From Desulfobulbaceae bacterium (GTDB taxonomy: Bacteria; Desulfobacterota; Desulfobulbia; Desulfobulbales; Desulfobulbaceae): DNA of 41,049 nt. A model generated the notes under the pieces. That model was not told the origin of the DNA. It saw only the letters and a list, made by a program, of their open reading frames with translations, and made no database searches. The position numbers and the translations under genes are program-made. Location of the stretch: positions 1 to 41,049 of the forward strand of contig WGCP01000369.1 in NCBI GenBank assembly GCA_015493715.1. The letters are read 5' to 3'. Shown here one piece after another: positions 26,033 through 32,806 of the stretch (its first letter is position 1; the number at the start of each line of letters is the position of its first letter).

Positions 26033-26808
26033 CAGGCCACCACCTTGCCGTGACCGTCCTTCCTGATCATCCCCATCTTGAATGCCAGTTTTTCATACCG
26101 CTGCACGGTTGAATTTGAGACATCAAGCAGCTTGGCGGTTTCCCGCTGGGTATTTCCCCGCCTTCGGTAGAGGATGAGCTTATCAAGGAAATTCTCGGGA
26201 AATCCTGATTTCCGGAGAGCGGAAATCATCCTGATGGCCGCCCTGGCCGCCTCGCCCTGGATGGCCTCAACAAGTTCCTGCACCGCCGGAACATACTCCG
26301 GCGGCAAGTCGGCGATCTTCTTGCGGGCAAATACGCCCCTGTCGCCGAACAATGTCGTGATGGCCTCCCCGGCCCGGCTCCCGGACGCTCCGGCCATGGC
26401 GCTTTCTTCCAGGGCGGAAAAGGCCCGCATGATCTGGACGGAACGCTTGGCCGCGACATCGCTTTTCAGAACAGCCGACAACATATTGGCGCCATTGCGG
26501 GTAAACATCCAGGGCCGGACATCATCTCCCGCGTAAATTTTGGTCACATTTTGTGACCTCAAGCTTGGCTCTTCGTCTCCCTCATAAATTTTGGTCGCAT
26601 TTTGCGACCGAATTAGCTCGATCTCGTTTTTAGTCGCCTGAAACACAAAATCTTCCGGGAACCTATCCGGATTACGACGAACCGCCTCATTTGCCCGCTT
26701 GGTTTTGACCCCATAAATAGCGGCAACACTGCTGGCTAACATGGCCGGTGGACGGTTGGGAAGGGTGATGATTGTTGACTGGATGTCTTTGACTGTTACT
26801 TCGCGCAT
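26032..26808 (-). CDS. ORF6N (Bro-N/KilA-N-related) domain protein with C-terminal HTH
   Basis: AAIYGVKTKRANEAVRRNPDRFPEDFVFQ...RSQN.T...PWMFTRNGANMLSAVLKSD..A...SVQIMRAF matches the ORF6N pattern. The C-terminus RRRGNTQRETAKLLDVSNSTVQRYEK is HTH-like. GGAGG SD. Confidence 0.85.
   Translation of the reverse strand: MREVTVKDIQSTIITLPNRPPAMLASSVAAIYGVKTKRANEAVRRNPDRFPEDFVFQATKNEIELIRSQNATKIYEGDEEPSLRSQNVTKIYAGDDVRPWMFTRNGANMLSAVLKSDVAAKRSVQIMRAFSALEESAMAGASGSRAGEAITTLFGDRGVFARKKIADLPPEYVPAVQELVEAIQGEAARAAIRMISALRKSGFPENFLDKLILYRRRGNTQRETAKLLDVSNSTVQRYEKLAFKMGMIRKDGHGKVVA
26533..26609. repeat. Two 26-bp repeats 51 bp apart, each holding a 17-bp dyad, inside the ORF6N CDS
   Basis: GGTCAC-ATTTT-GTGACC at 26542-26558 and GGTCGC-ATTTT-GCGACC at 26593-26609. 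The A>G change in one arm is matched by T>C in the other arm. Confidence 0.9.
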
Positions 26809-26965
26809 GATATGCCTCCGTTTGGGAAAAAGTATCCCGCCCCTTCGCTGTTAAACAAAAATGGGCGGGCCGATGCGGGTTAACAGACCGGCTCAAACGG
26901 AAACCGGCGAGCCCGAAGGCTCCCCGCACAGCCCGCCCAACTTGAAGCGGCCATGCAACGGACAT

Positions 26966-26999
26966 AAAAAAACCGCATATCCCCGAAAGGGAAAGGCGG
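26966..26999 (-). terminator. Intrinsic terminator after the 27107..27511 gene
   Basis: Minus strand reads CCGCCTTTCCC-TTTC-GGGGATATGCGG followed by TTTTTTT. Confidence 0.6.
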
Positions 27000-27106
27000 T
27001 ATGTCCGCCGTTTGAATCTCGGGCTGTTAATCCCGGCAACCGATTTTGCGGCTGCAGGTATACCCGTAGCACATCCGACGGACATTGTCAAGTTAAGGTT
27101 CGTCTA

Positions 27107-27511
27107 TCATTTTTGCCTGCATAGTTCGTCCGTCGGTTCAAGCATGCAGTTGATGAACCGGGTTGCACCGTTATAACCCCGCATAAAAGCGTAGTCCCAT
27201 TTGCTCAAGCCTGGGATATCATAAAGAACATGGTTGGCCCTGAATATGGTTTTTGCCAGGGTTATGCCGCTTGCCGGGATCGTGCTTCCCTCTGAATAAT
27301 AATATGCCGCCGTCATCCTGTGCGGTGTGTTTGGGAGCTGTTCAGCATGCCGCCTTATCTCCATCTCTGATACCCCTTTCTTATAGGAAAAGGTAAAGAT
27401 CCTGTTCCTTCCCTTGTCTTTCAGGTACCCAAATTGATTTATTGCACCACCTGCATAAGCAAATGTCGACACCAGGACCATCAGTAATGTAATCATAGCT
27501 GTTTTCTTCAC
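27107..27511 (-). CDS. Secreted hypothetical protein (134 aa)
   Basis: Signal peptide MKKTAMITLLMVLVSTFAYA-GG. AGGAGAGG SD before a GTG start. Has its own downstream terminator. Low GC. Confidence 0.75.
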   Translation of the reverse strand: MKKTAMITLLMVLVSTFAYAGGAINQFGYLKDKGRNRIFTFSYKKGVSEMEIRRHAEQLPNTPHRMTAAYYYSEGSTIPASGITLAKTIFRANHVLYDIPGLSKWDYAFMRGYNGATRFINCMLEPTDELCRQK

Positions 27512-27636
27512 TGTTCCTCTCCTTTCTTGTTATTGTGCCGTTATCGGCAAAAAAACCACAAAACGACAAAACCACATGAATCACAGTTCAGCAACACTTA
27601 CAGCCATTTTGTGACCGTTCTTCCGTGAAAAAACAT

Positions 27637-27664
27637 TTGACAGGTCCCCTTGGACCATGATAAT
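27637..27664 (+). promoter_or_regulatory. Sigma70-type promoter with a palindromic operator in the spacer
   Basis: TTGACA (27637-27642), 16-nt spacer, GATAAT (27659-27664). The spacer contains GGTCC-CCTT-GGACC. Confidence 0.6.
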
Positions 27665-27673
27665 GGAAGTTGT

Positions 27674-27706
27674 CACCTCCCCTAAACAGGGGGAGGGTGT
27701 TTCTTT
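27674..27706 (+). terminator. Leader hairpin plus U-rich tract (possible attenuator) between the promoter and the gene pair
   Basis: CACCTCCCC-TAAACA-GGGGGAGGGTG followed by TTTCTTT, starting a few nt after the predicted TSS. Confidence 0.45.
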
Positions 27707-27746
27707 ACAAGATTACGTCTTTATGACATCCACAACAGAGGAGATT

Positions 27747-27941
27747 ATGAAGTTGAAATGTTTATTTCCCCCTCTTCCCCCTTCTGTTCCCAGACACGGC
27801 GAAAAAGATAAAAGAAAAATGCGGCGCGATGCCGCTCGTCTGGCATCATCAGGAAACGTCCTTGTGCAGCAGGGCCTCTTTGTGACAAAAGAAGAAATTG
27901 ACAGGAGAAAAAAGCGCCTCCTGGAAAAATGTTGTGAATGA
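27747..27941 (+). CDS. Small basic protein (64 aa)
   Basis: GAGGAG lies upstream of the ATG at 27747. The ORF-track start at 27657 lies within the -10 element, upstream of the predicted TSS. ATGA overlap with the next gene. Confidence 0.5.
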   Translation: MKLKCLFPPLPPSVPRHGEKDKRKMRRDAARLASSGNVLVQQGLFVTKEEIDRRKKRLLEKCCE

Positions 27942-28525
27942 GTACCACCGCCATTAAAATAGACCACGCCCATCTTGCCAAAATATGCGACCTTTTTAAG
28001 GAAGCTGAGCGAGCGATTAAAGAGATCGAAGATATCGGGAACGAGCTTATCGTTCCCGCCGTCAACCAACTTCGCTATACCGGCAATCACCTTGTCCGTT
28101 ATCTTGCGGACCCATCCAATGAAAGTGAGCTCTTCGAGGCGGAAAGACACTGTAAACGAGCTTCCTATGACGCCTACGAAGCGGCTATTTTGTACTATCT
28201 CAAACTGTTCCATAAGTTTAAAGATGATTACCGTCGTGTATCAATTGCCTCTGTCCTCCCCGATTATGCTGAATTATGCCTACAGGTGGACAAGGCGCGG
28301 AAACTTATCCGGGACAACAACAAAAGCAAGACGCGCGGTGAATTCTACCAGCAATGCAAGGAGCATCTTGATGTAATTGCAGGTAATGTGAAAAAGATGG
28401 ACGCCTGCCGCGACGAATTGAACAAGTTGATCAAGAAAGAATGGATACAACTTGCCCTTCTTGTCTGTGCAGTTATCGCTGCCGCAGGAGGAATAGCAGC
28501 CATTGTTTCAGCAGCATGCTCTTAA
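27938..28525 (+). CDS. Tail-anchored helical membrane protein (195 aa) with R-x4-H motif
   Basis: C-terminal TM WIQLALLVCAVIAAAGGIAAIVSAA. Contains LRYTGNH and HCKRASYDAYE. Low GC. Confidence 0.7.
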   Translation: MSTTAIKIDHAHLAKICDLFKEAERAIKEIEDIGNELIVPAVNQLRYTGNHLVRYLADPSNESELFEAERHCKRASYDAYEAAILYYLKLFHKFKDDYRRVSIASVLPDYAELCLQVDKARKLIRDNNKSKTRGEFYQQCKEHLDVIAGNVKKMDACRDELNKLIKKEWIQLALLVCAVIAAAGGIAAIVSAACS

Positions 28526-28570
28526 CGCAAGACAACCACATCAACCCTTTTATAACTCACCAGTTTTCTC

Positions 28571-29011
28571 CTACTTATTATTCCCCGGTCCGATCATCCA
28601 GGTGTCGATGTCCAGGCCGTCATTGAGGATGACGCTGTTTAAGCGGATCCAATAGCGCATGTCCTTCGGTTTTTCCAGGATCAGCACAATTCCCGCCTTT
28701 TTCCCCGTCTGCAGGCTGTAATACAGTGACTGGCCGATGGCCTCTTCCCACTTGTCGGCAAAGTCAAACTCTATGGCGTGGCTGGAGGTCAGGCAGTCGC
28801 AGCGGGTACGGTCGGCCAGGACCACCTCTGTGCGGCCGTTATGCTCGCTGCACCAGGCCTGCTGATACCATTTTTCATGGTGATTGCGCCTGGCGTGCGC
28901 GGTGTTCGGCGCAAACAGGGCATACAGCACCCATGACAACAGGACCATGGATCCTATGTATGTCAGCCAGAACCAGCCGCAGGCCGTTAACCGTTTTCGT
29001 GTTTTTTTCAC
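28571..29011 (-). CDS. N-terminally membrane-anchored hypothetical protein (146 aa)
   Basis: MKKTRKR followed by TM WFWLTYIGSMVLLSWVLYALF. C-domain contains DCLT....AIEFDFADKWEEAIGQSLYY...KKAGIVLI. Start overlaps the mor stop. Confidence 0.65.
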   Translation of the reverse strand: MKKTRKRLTACGWFWLTYIGSMVLLSWVLYALFAPNTAHARRNHHEKWYQQAWCSEHNGRTEVVLADRTRCDCLTSSHAIEFDFADKWEEAIGQSLYYSLQTGKKAGIVLILEKPKDMRYWIRLNSVILNDGLDIDTWMIGPGNNK

Positions 29012-29373
29012 TATCTGAACAGCTCCATTTGTTTATTCTTTTTGGCCGGTCCGGACGGGGCGGCCAGGATTTCCTTTACCCTGCGGTGGCTGAGGTTGTA
29101 TTTTGACGCCAGGTCAAGCATGGTGACGTCGCCACCATCATAGTCGGAGATCATGGCCTTATCACGGATTTTCCGCAACAAATCCTTTATCCCGCGCATA
29201 TACAGCGGTTGCCCGGAAAACACCTGGGCCAGAAACAAGGTCAGCTTGACGCCTTGTCCTGGGCGATACCGTTCTATCTCCGCCGCGATCCTTGACAGAC
29301 CGCCCGGGAGATCTTCTATCTTCGGCAGGTGCTCTTCCGGTATCTCGATTATTTTCTTCCTCGTTTCAAACAA
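29011..29373 (-). CDS. mor: Mor-family transcription activator
   Basis: SGQPLYMRGIKDLLRKIRDKAMISDYDGGDVTMLDLASKYNLSHRRVKEIL parallels Mu Mor GGQVYIPRG...RD..I..DF.G.NV.EL...YG. Confidence 0.85.
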   Translation of the reverse strand: MFETRKKIIEIPEEHLPKIEDLPGGLSRIAAEIERYRPGQGVKLTLFLAQVFSGQPLYMRGIKDLLRKIRDKAMISDYDGGDVTMLDLASKYNLSHRRVKEILAAPSGPAKKNKQMELFR

Positions 29374-29791
29374 GATCTACGCCCTCCCGCGCGCCCCAAT
29401 CCTTGAGCGCCTCAATTATCGTGTTTTTCTCCCCGGTCGTGCACCAGCGCATGTGATGCTTCTTGGTCATGCGCCGGACAAAGGCCTGCAGGGCACGATC
29501 AGACTTGTTTCTGACGACTCCCGCCTTTGCCAGCTCCAGCCAGAGCGCGATTATCTTGCCCTCCTGGCCGTCTGTCGGTTTGGAATATACGCCCGGCAGC
29601 TTCTGCTGGTATTTCGGCTTCCAGCCCAGGGACCGAAAGTGATTGATAAGCCGGCATGCCTGGCCGACCGTCAATTTGGCCGCTGATTCTTTACCGAAAC
29701 GCTCCCGCATAATGTCCCGGTAGGCCTCGTCGGTGAGACCAAGCTCTTTTTTGGCTATGTGGATCTTGGCCAGATCAGCTCTTGACGGCAT
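29366..29791 (-). CDS. gemA: Mu gp16 / GemA-like (DUF1018) protein
   Basis: ADLAKIHIAKKELGLTDEAYRDIM...KLTVGQACRLINHFRSLGW pattern. Lies directly upstream of mor, as in Mu. Confidence 0.8.
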   Translation of the reverse strand: MPSRADLAKIHIAKKELGLTDEAYRDIMRERFGKESAAKLTVGQACRLINHFRSLGWKPKYQQKLPGVYSKPTDGQEGKIIALWLELAKAGVVRNKSDRALQAFVRRMTKKHHMRWCTTGEKNTIIEALKDWGAREGVDLV

Positions 29792-29812
29792 GTTTTTCTC
29801 CTTTCATGGCAT

Positions 29813-30121
29813 TCAGTTTACAGGCCCGACACGCAGAAATCTCTTGCGGACCCCGGCCAGCACCCTTGACCATCCAATACGTCGTCGCCACAGCTTGCCA
29901 TCGGCAACGGCACGGTAACAATCACGGCGGTCCGTGCGGTACAGGTCAACAATATGGACAACCTTCCCAAAATCATAATCAATAACGATGATCCGCCTGC
30001 GAAGATCGGGCAATTCAACAGGATATTCAGGAACGGGGCCGGCCAGGCGTTTTTGCTCTTTTGCCGCCCGCATCGCCTGTAATTTTTTACTTCCTGTCTT
30101 TCGTCTGCGGTACATAATCAA
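29813..30121 (-). CDS. Hypothetical basic protein (102 aa)
   Basis: Early-operon ORF with no recognised motif. Confidence 0.5.
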   Translation of the reverse strand: MIMYRRRKTGSKKLQAMRAAKEQKRLAGPVPEYPVELPDLRRRIIVIDYDFGKVVHIVDLYRTDRRDCYRAVADGKLWRRRIGWSRVLAGVRKRFLRVGPVN

Positions 30122-30219
30122 CCTTGCAAGCTACAGATATTCTGATGTTAGCTGGTTAAATCTTCGGCTGCTTCAACGCCGCTACGGAATCCCTTTGAAT
30201 CCAAAACACCAGAAGGTGC

Positions 30220-30588
30220 TCAGCCCGGCCCTTTTATCATCGACAGCCATTGCTCTTCAGTTGCGGTTGAATCCCCAAAAGAGCTTGCTCCATTATCAGC
30301 AAGCCATTTTGCCAGCTCTTCTGGAGTCTCGCATACAGGAGAAATCGGACTACCCTCTGAAACATCCTCCCACATTTGCCACCCTTCCCCTTTTGGTGGC
30401 TCAAGACATTCAAAATCAGGGCAATTGAAACTTTTAATTTCAAAGCCTTTTGCTTTTGCAAACGCTCTGCAATCATCACATGTCATTCCATATTGTCCAT
30501 CCAGACAATTGCTAATCATATATCCATACCAAATTTTACCAACAGGCCAATCAAAATCAAGTGGCACTCTTTTAACCTCTCTACCCAT
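30220..30588 (-). CDS. Hypothetical protein (122 aa), conserved phage ORFan type
   Basis: The VKRVPLDFDWPVGKIWYGY N-terminus recurs in phage hypothetical proteins (recalled from memory). GGAGG SD. Confidence 0.65.
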   Translation of the reverse strand: MGREVKRVPLDFDWPVGKIWYGYMISNCLDGQYGMTCDDCRAFAKAKGFEIKSFNCPDFECLEPPKGEGWQMWEDVSEGSPISPVCETPEELAKWLADNGASSFGDSTATEEQWLSMIKGPG

Positions 30589-30632
30589 AACAAAACCTCC
30601 TAAAATTAATCAGCTAACAAACCATTCGAGCT

Positions 30633-30666
30633 GACCGGAACCAGCTCACTCTATCCATCTACCGGC
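30633..30666. repeat. Copy 1 of a 34-bp intergenic element
   Basis: GACCGGAACCAGCTC-ACTCTAT-CCATCTACCGGC. Paired with 31446-31479. Confidence 0.7.
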
Positions 30667-30691
30667 ACATACCGGCAGCTCAATTCTACCG

Positions 30692-31024
30692 TTATACCAC
30701 CACCCCAATAACATTTTTGCCAGCCAGCGGATTTGGTTGCGCTGCAAATCTCTCAAAAAATACGATTTTATCTTCCTTGGTTGGAGTTGGCAGGGGGTAA
30801 TCACCGATATGAGACGGATCATACTCTCCATCCCAAAACCGTTCATCGGTTACATTATCCTCTAACCAAGGCTTAACAGCCCTCATGGCCCTTGGTAGCA
30901 TATGGGTCATTAACCCTTTTTCACCAGTCAACATTTCAAGATCCTCGTAAAGATACTCTATCTTTGTATGCAATCTTCCAGTAGTCAAAGTCCGTAATCT
31001 TTGGATATCCATAATAATCCTCAT
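30692..31024 (-). CDS. Hypothetical protein (110 aa)
   Basis: Low-GC ORF. No function recognised. Confidence 0.6.
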   Translation of the reverse strand: MRIIMDIQRLRTLTTGRLHTKIEYLYEDLEMLTGEKGLMTHMLPRAMRAVKPWLEDNVTDERFWDGEYDPSHIGDYPLPTPTKEDKIVFFERFAAQPNPLAGKNVIGVVV

Positions 31025-31146
31025 TTGAAATGGTATAACAACCGCATTGAAGGGACGCTTTCACCCGGCGATTGCGTTTATTGGCCCAACCAACAATATT
31101 TTCTTGTCGGTTCATTTCGGCTGCATGGCGCCCATCATGCGAACCG

Positions 31147-31407
31147 TTATATGTCAGGGTAAAAATCTTTATATTTCCATTTTTTCAAATCAAACAACAT
31201 TTTTAAGTACCCTCCACAAGAGGAATACCTATCGAAATATATTGTCCAGTCTTGCCCTTTTTCAATTGCTTTTTTAGATTTCTCGTCAACGGTATTTATC
31301 GCTTTCATACGGATTTTATAAATAATATTATTCCGCCAAGACATCAGCAAACAAAAGAAAGACAGCAACACGCTGGCGCATAGTAAAAAAAACATAATTG
31401 CCACCAT
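31147..31407 (-). CDS. Small membrane protein (86 aa)
   Basis: N-terminal TM VAIMFFLLCASVLLSFFCLLM. Low GC. Confidence 0.6.
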   Translation of the reverse strand: MVAIMFFLLCASVLLSFFCLLMSWRNNIIYKIRMKAINTVDEKSKKAIEKGQDWTIYFDRYSSCGGYLKMLFDLKKWKYKDFYPDI

Positions 31408-31445
31408 CCCACATTTTACGAAACATATAACCCATCGCTCCAGCG

Positions 31446-31479
31446 GACCAGAACCAGCTCTGCCGACCTATCTACCGCC
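31446..31479. repeat. Copy 2 of the 34-bp intergenic element
   Basis: GACCAGAACCAGCTC-TGCCGAC-CTATCTACCGCC. 26 of 34 positions identical to copy 1, same orientation, 813 bp away. Confidence 0.7.
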
Positions 31480-31520
31480 TTGGCTGGCCGCTGATCTCAA
31501 AGCCGTTATCTTTTCAAAAA

Positions 31521-32066
31521 TTACTTTTTGACCTTCCCTTGCTTCTCCTTCATCTTGTCCAGGTATTCCTGCACATTCGGCGGCACCTTGACATCATCTA
31601 TCCGGTCAATCGCTCTCTCTCCACGAACCACAGCGGCCCTGTTGCCGGAGAGTTCCTGGTCACGGACAGTGCGTTCCCGCGCCGAATCATCCTGATCAGC
31701 CAACTGGTAGACGACCTGTCGCAGGTAGTTGTGATTTTTCAGCGGCAGGGAAAGCGTCTGCCGGCGTTCAACCATTTGTTCCATACCTGTATACCAGTGG
31801 CGCGATGTACATGGCCGGGCCACCTTTCCCCGCACCTGTATATGGCCGGCAGCGGCCAGCGTGGAGATCTCCTTGCTCAACCGCAGGACCTTTTTCCATG
31901 ACAGGGCACGCCGACCTGGTCGAAAGAGTGACAGGTAACTGAGTATTACCTTCGGTATCGGGTCGGGCAAGGAGGTGACAAACCGAACCGCCTCCCGTAT
32001 GATCACATCATTCTCCCAGGCCTCGGCGCTGGCTACGGCCCCGCAACTCGGACAGGTCATCTTCAT
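31521..32066 (-). CDS. Hypothetical protein with N-terminal CxxC (181 aa)
   Basis: MKMTCPSCGAVASAEAWEND... AGGAAG SD. Confidence 0.65.
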   Translation of the reverse strand: MKMTCPSCGAVASAEAWENDVIIREAVRFVTSLPDPIPKVILSYLSLFRPGRRALSWKKVLRLSKEISTLAAAGHIQVRGKVARPCTSRHWYTGMEQMVERRQTLSLPLKNHNYLRQVVYQLADQDDSARERTVRDQELSGNRAAVVRGERAIDRIDDVKVPPNVQEYLDKMKEKQGKVKK

Positions 32067-32240
32067 ATATTATCTTCCTAAAACGGATATAGGCTGCTCA
32101 TCAGAGCAGGTAAGCCACTGCCTGGTGATTCCAGCCGGGGGGAACTACTCTCTTCACACGCACGGCCGATCCGCGCGGCAAAGACCTCCGGCACTATTTA
32201 AACCGTCGGCCCGACTGGAATTTCGCTTATTCTTGAAAAA

Positions 32241-32302
32241 AATCTTTTCTTATCTTCGCCATGGCCCTGGTGTCAGCGTTATCGTCACAGATATAATGGG
32301 GC
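32241..32302. repeat. 62-bp direct repeat, copy A
   Basis: 55 of 62 positions identical to 32581-32642, no indels. Confidence 0.9.
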
Positions 32303-32558
32303 TGAGTTTTCCTTGGTTCCGGGTTTCCTCCTTGGGGCCTTCTCCGGTTAGAAGCCAATTTGGATCGGTATCAAATTGGTTACACAGCTTCATTATAAAC
32401 GGAGCGTCAGGGTAGCTTTCTTCCTTTTCATATCTGGACAAAGTGCTTTTATGGACACCAAGATTCTCGGCGAAAGCTGGTAAAGAAGAATTTGCTCTAA
32501 TCTCCCTTATTCTTTCGCCAATCCCCGCGCATTCTTTTATAGAGTCTGCCCGCTGCAT
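32250..32558 (-). CDS. XRE-family HTH regulator embedded in the early operon (102 aa)
   Basis: IGERIREIRANSSLPAFAENLGVHKSTLSRYEKEESYPDAPFIMKLCNQFDTDPNWLLTGEG. AAGGAG precedes the ATG at 32558. Confidence 0.8.
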   Translation of the reverse strand: MQRADSIKECAGIGERIREIRANSSLPAFAENLGVHKSTLSRYEKEESYPDAPFIMKLCNQFDTDPNWLLTGEGPKEETRNQGKLSPIISVTITLTPGPWRR

Positions 32559-32572
32559 ATTCTCGCTTCTCC

Positions 32573-32806
32573 TTAAAAACAATCTTTTCTTATCTTCGCC
32601 ATGGTTTTGGTGTCATCATGGTCGTCACAGATATAATGGGGCAGGATTCTATACATCCTGCCGGGCTTCAGGCCAATCAGCCGACAACGATCTTCCTCTC
32701 CGCCCTGCCAGTTACGAACAAAATGATCGCAACCGGAACAATCTTTCCAGGTTGGTCCCTTGCGGTAATTTCGCTCTGCCTTGGCCTTGAGTTTCGGCAC
32801 GCCCAT
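32573..32806 (-). CDS. Cys/His-rich small protein (77 aa)
   Basis: AAGGAGGGAG SD and TAATG coupling. Contains CSGCDHF...RCRL...YICDDHD. Confidence 0.6.
   Translation of the reverse strand: MGVPKLKAKAERNYRKGPTWKDCSGCDHFVRNWQGGEEDRCRLIGLKPGRMYRILPHYICDDHDDTKTMAKIRKDCF
32581..32642. repeat. 62-bp direct repeat, copy B
   Basis: Encodes PHYICDDHDDTKTMAKIRKD, the C-terminus of the 77-aa protein. Confidence 0.9.

Noticed and set aside
27657-27746. Longer 94-aa version of the small plus-strand ORF
   Set aside because: Its ATG lies within the predicted -10 element, upstream of the likely transcription start, and has no SD. The ATG at 27747 follows GAGGAG.
31047-31277. 76-aa plus-strand ORF
   Set aside because: It is antisense to the 86-aa membrane-protein gene in AT-rich DNA. 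It has no SD, and the minus-strand ORF fits the operon.
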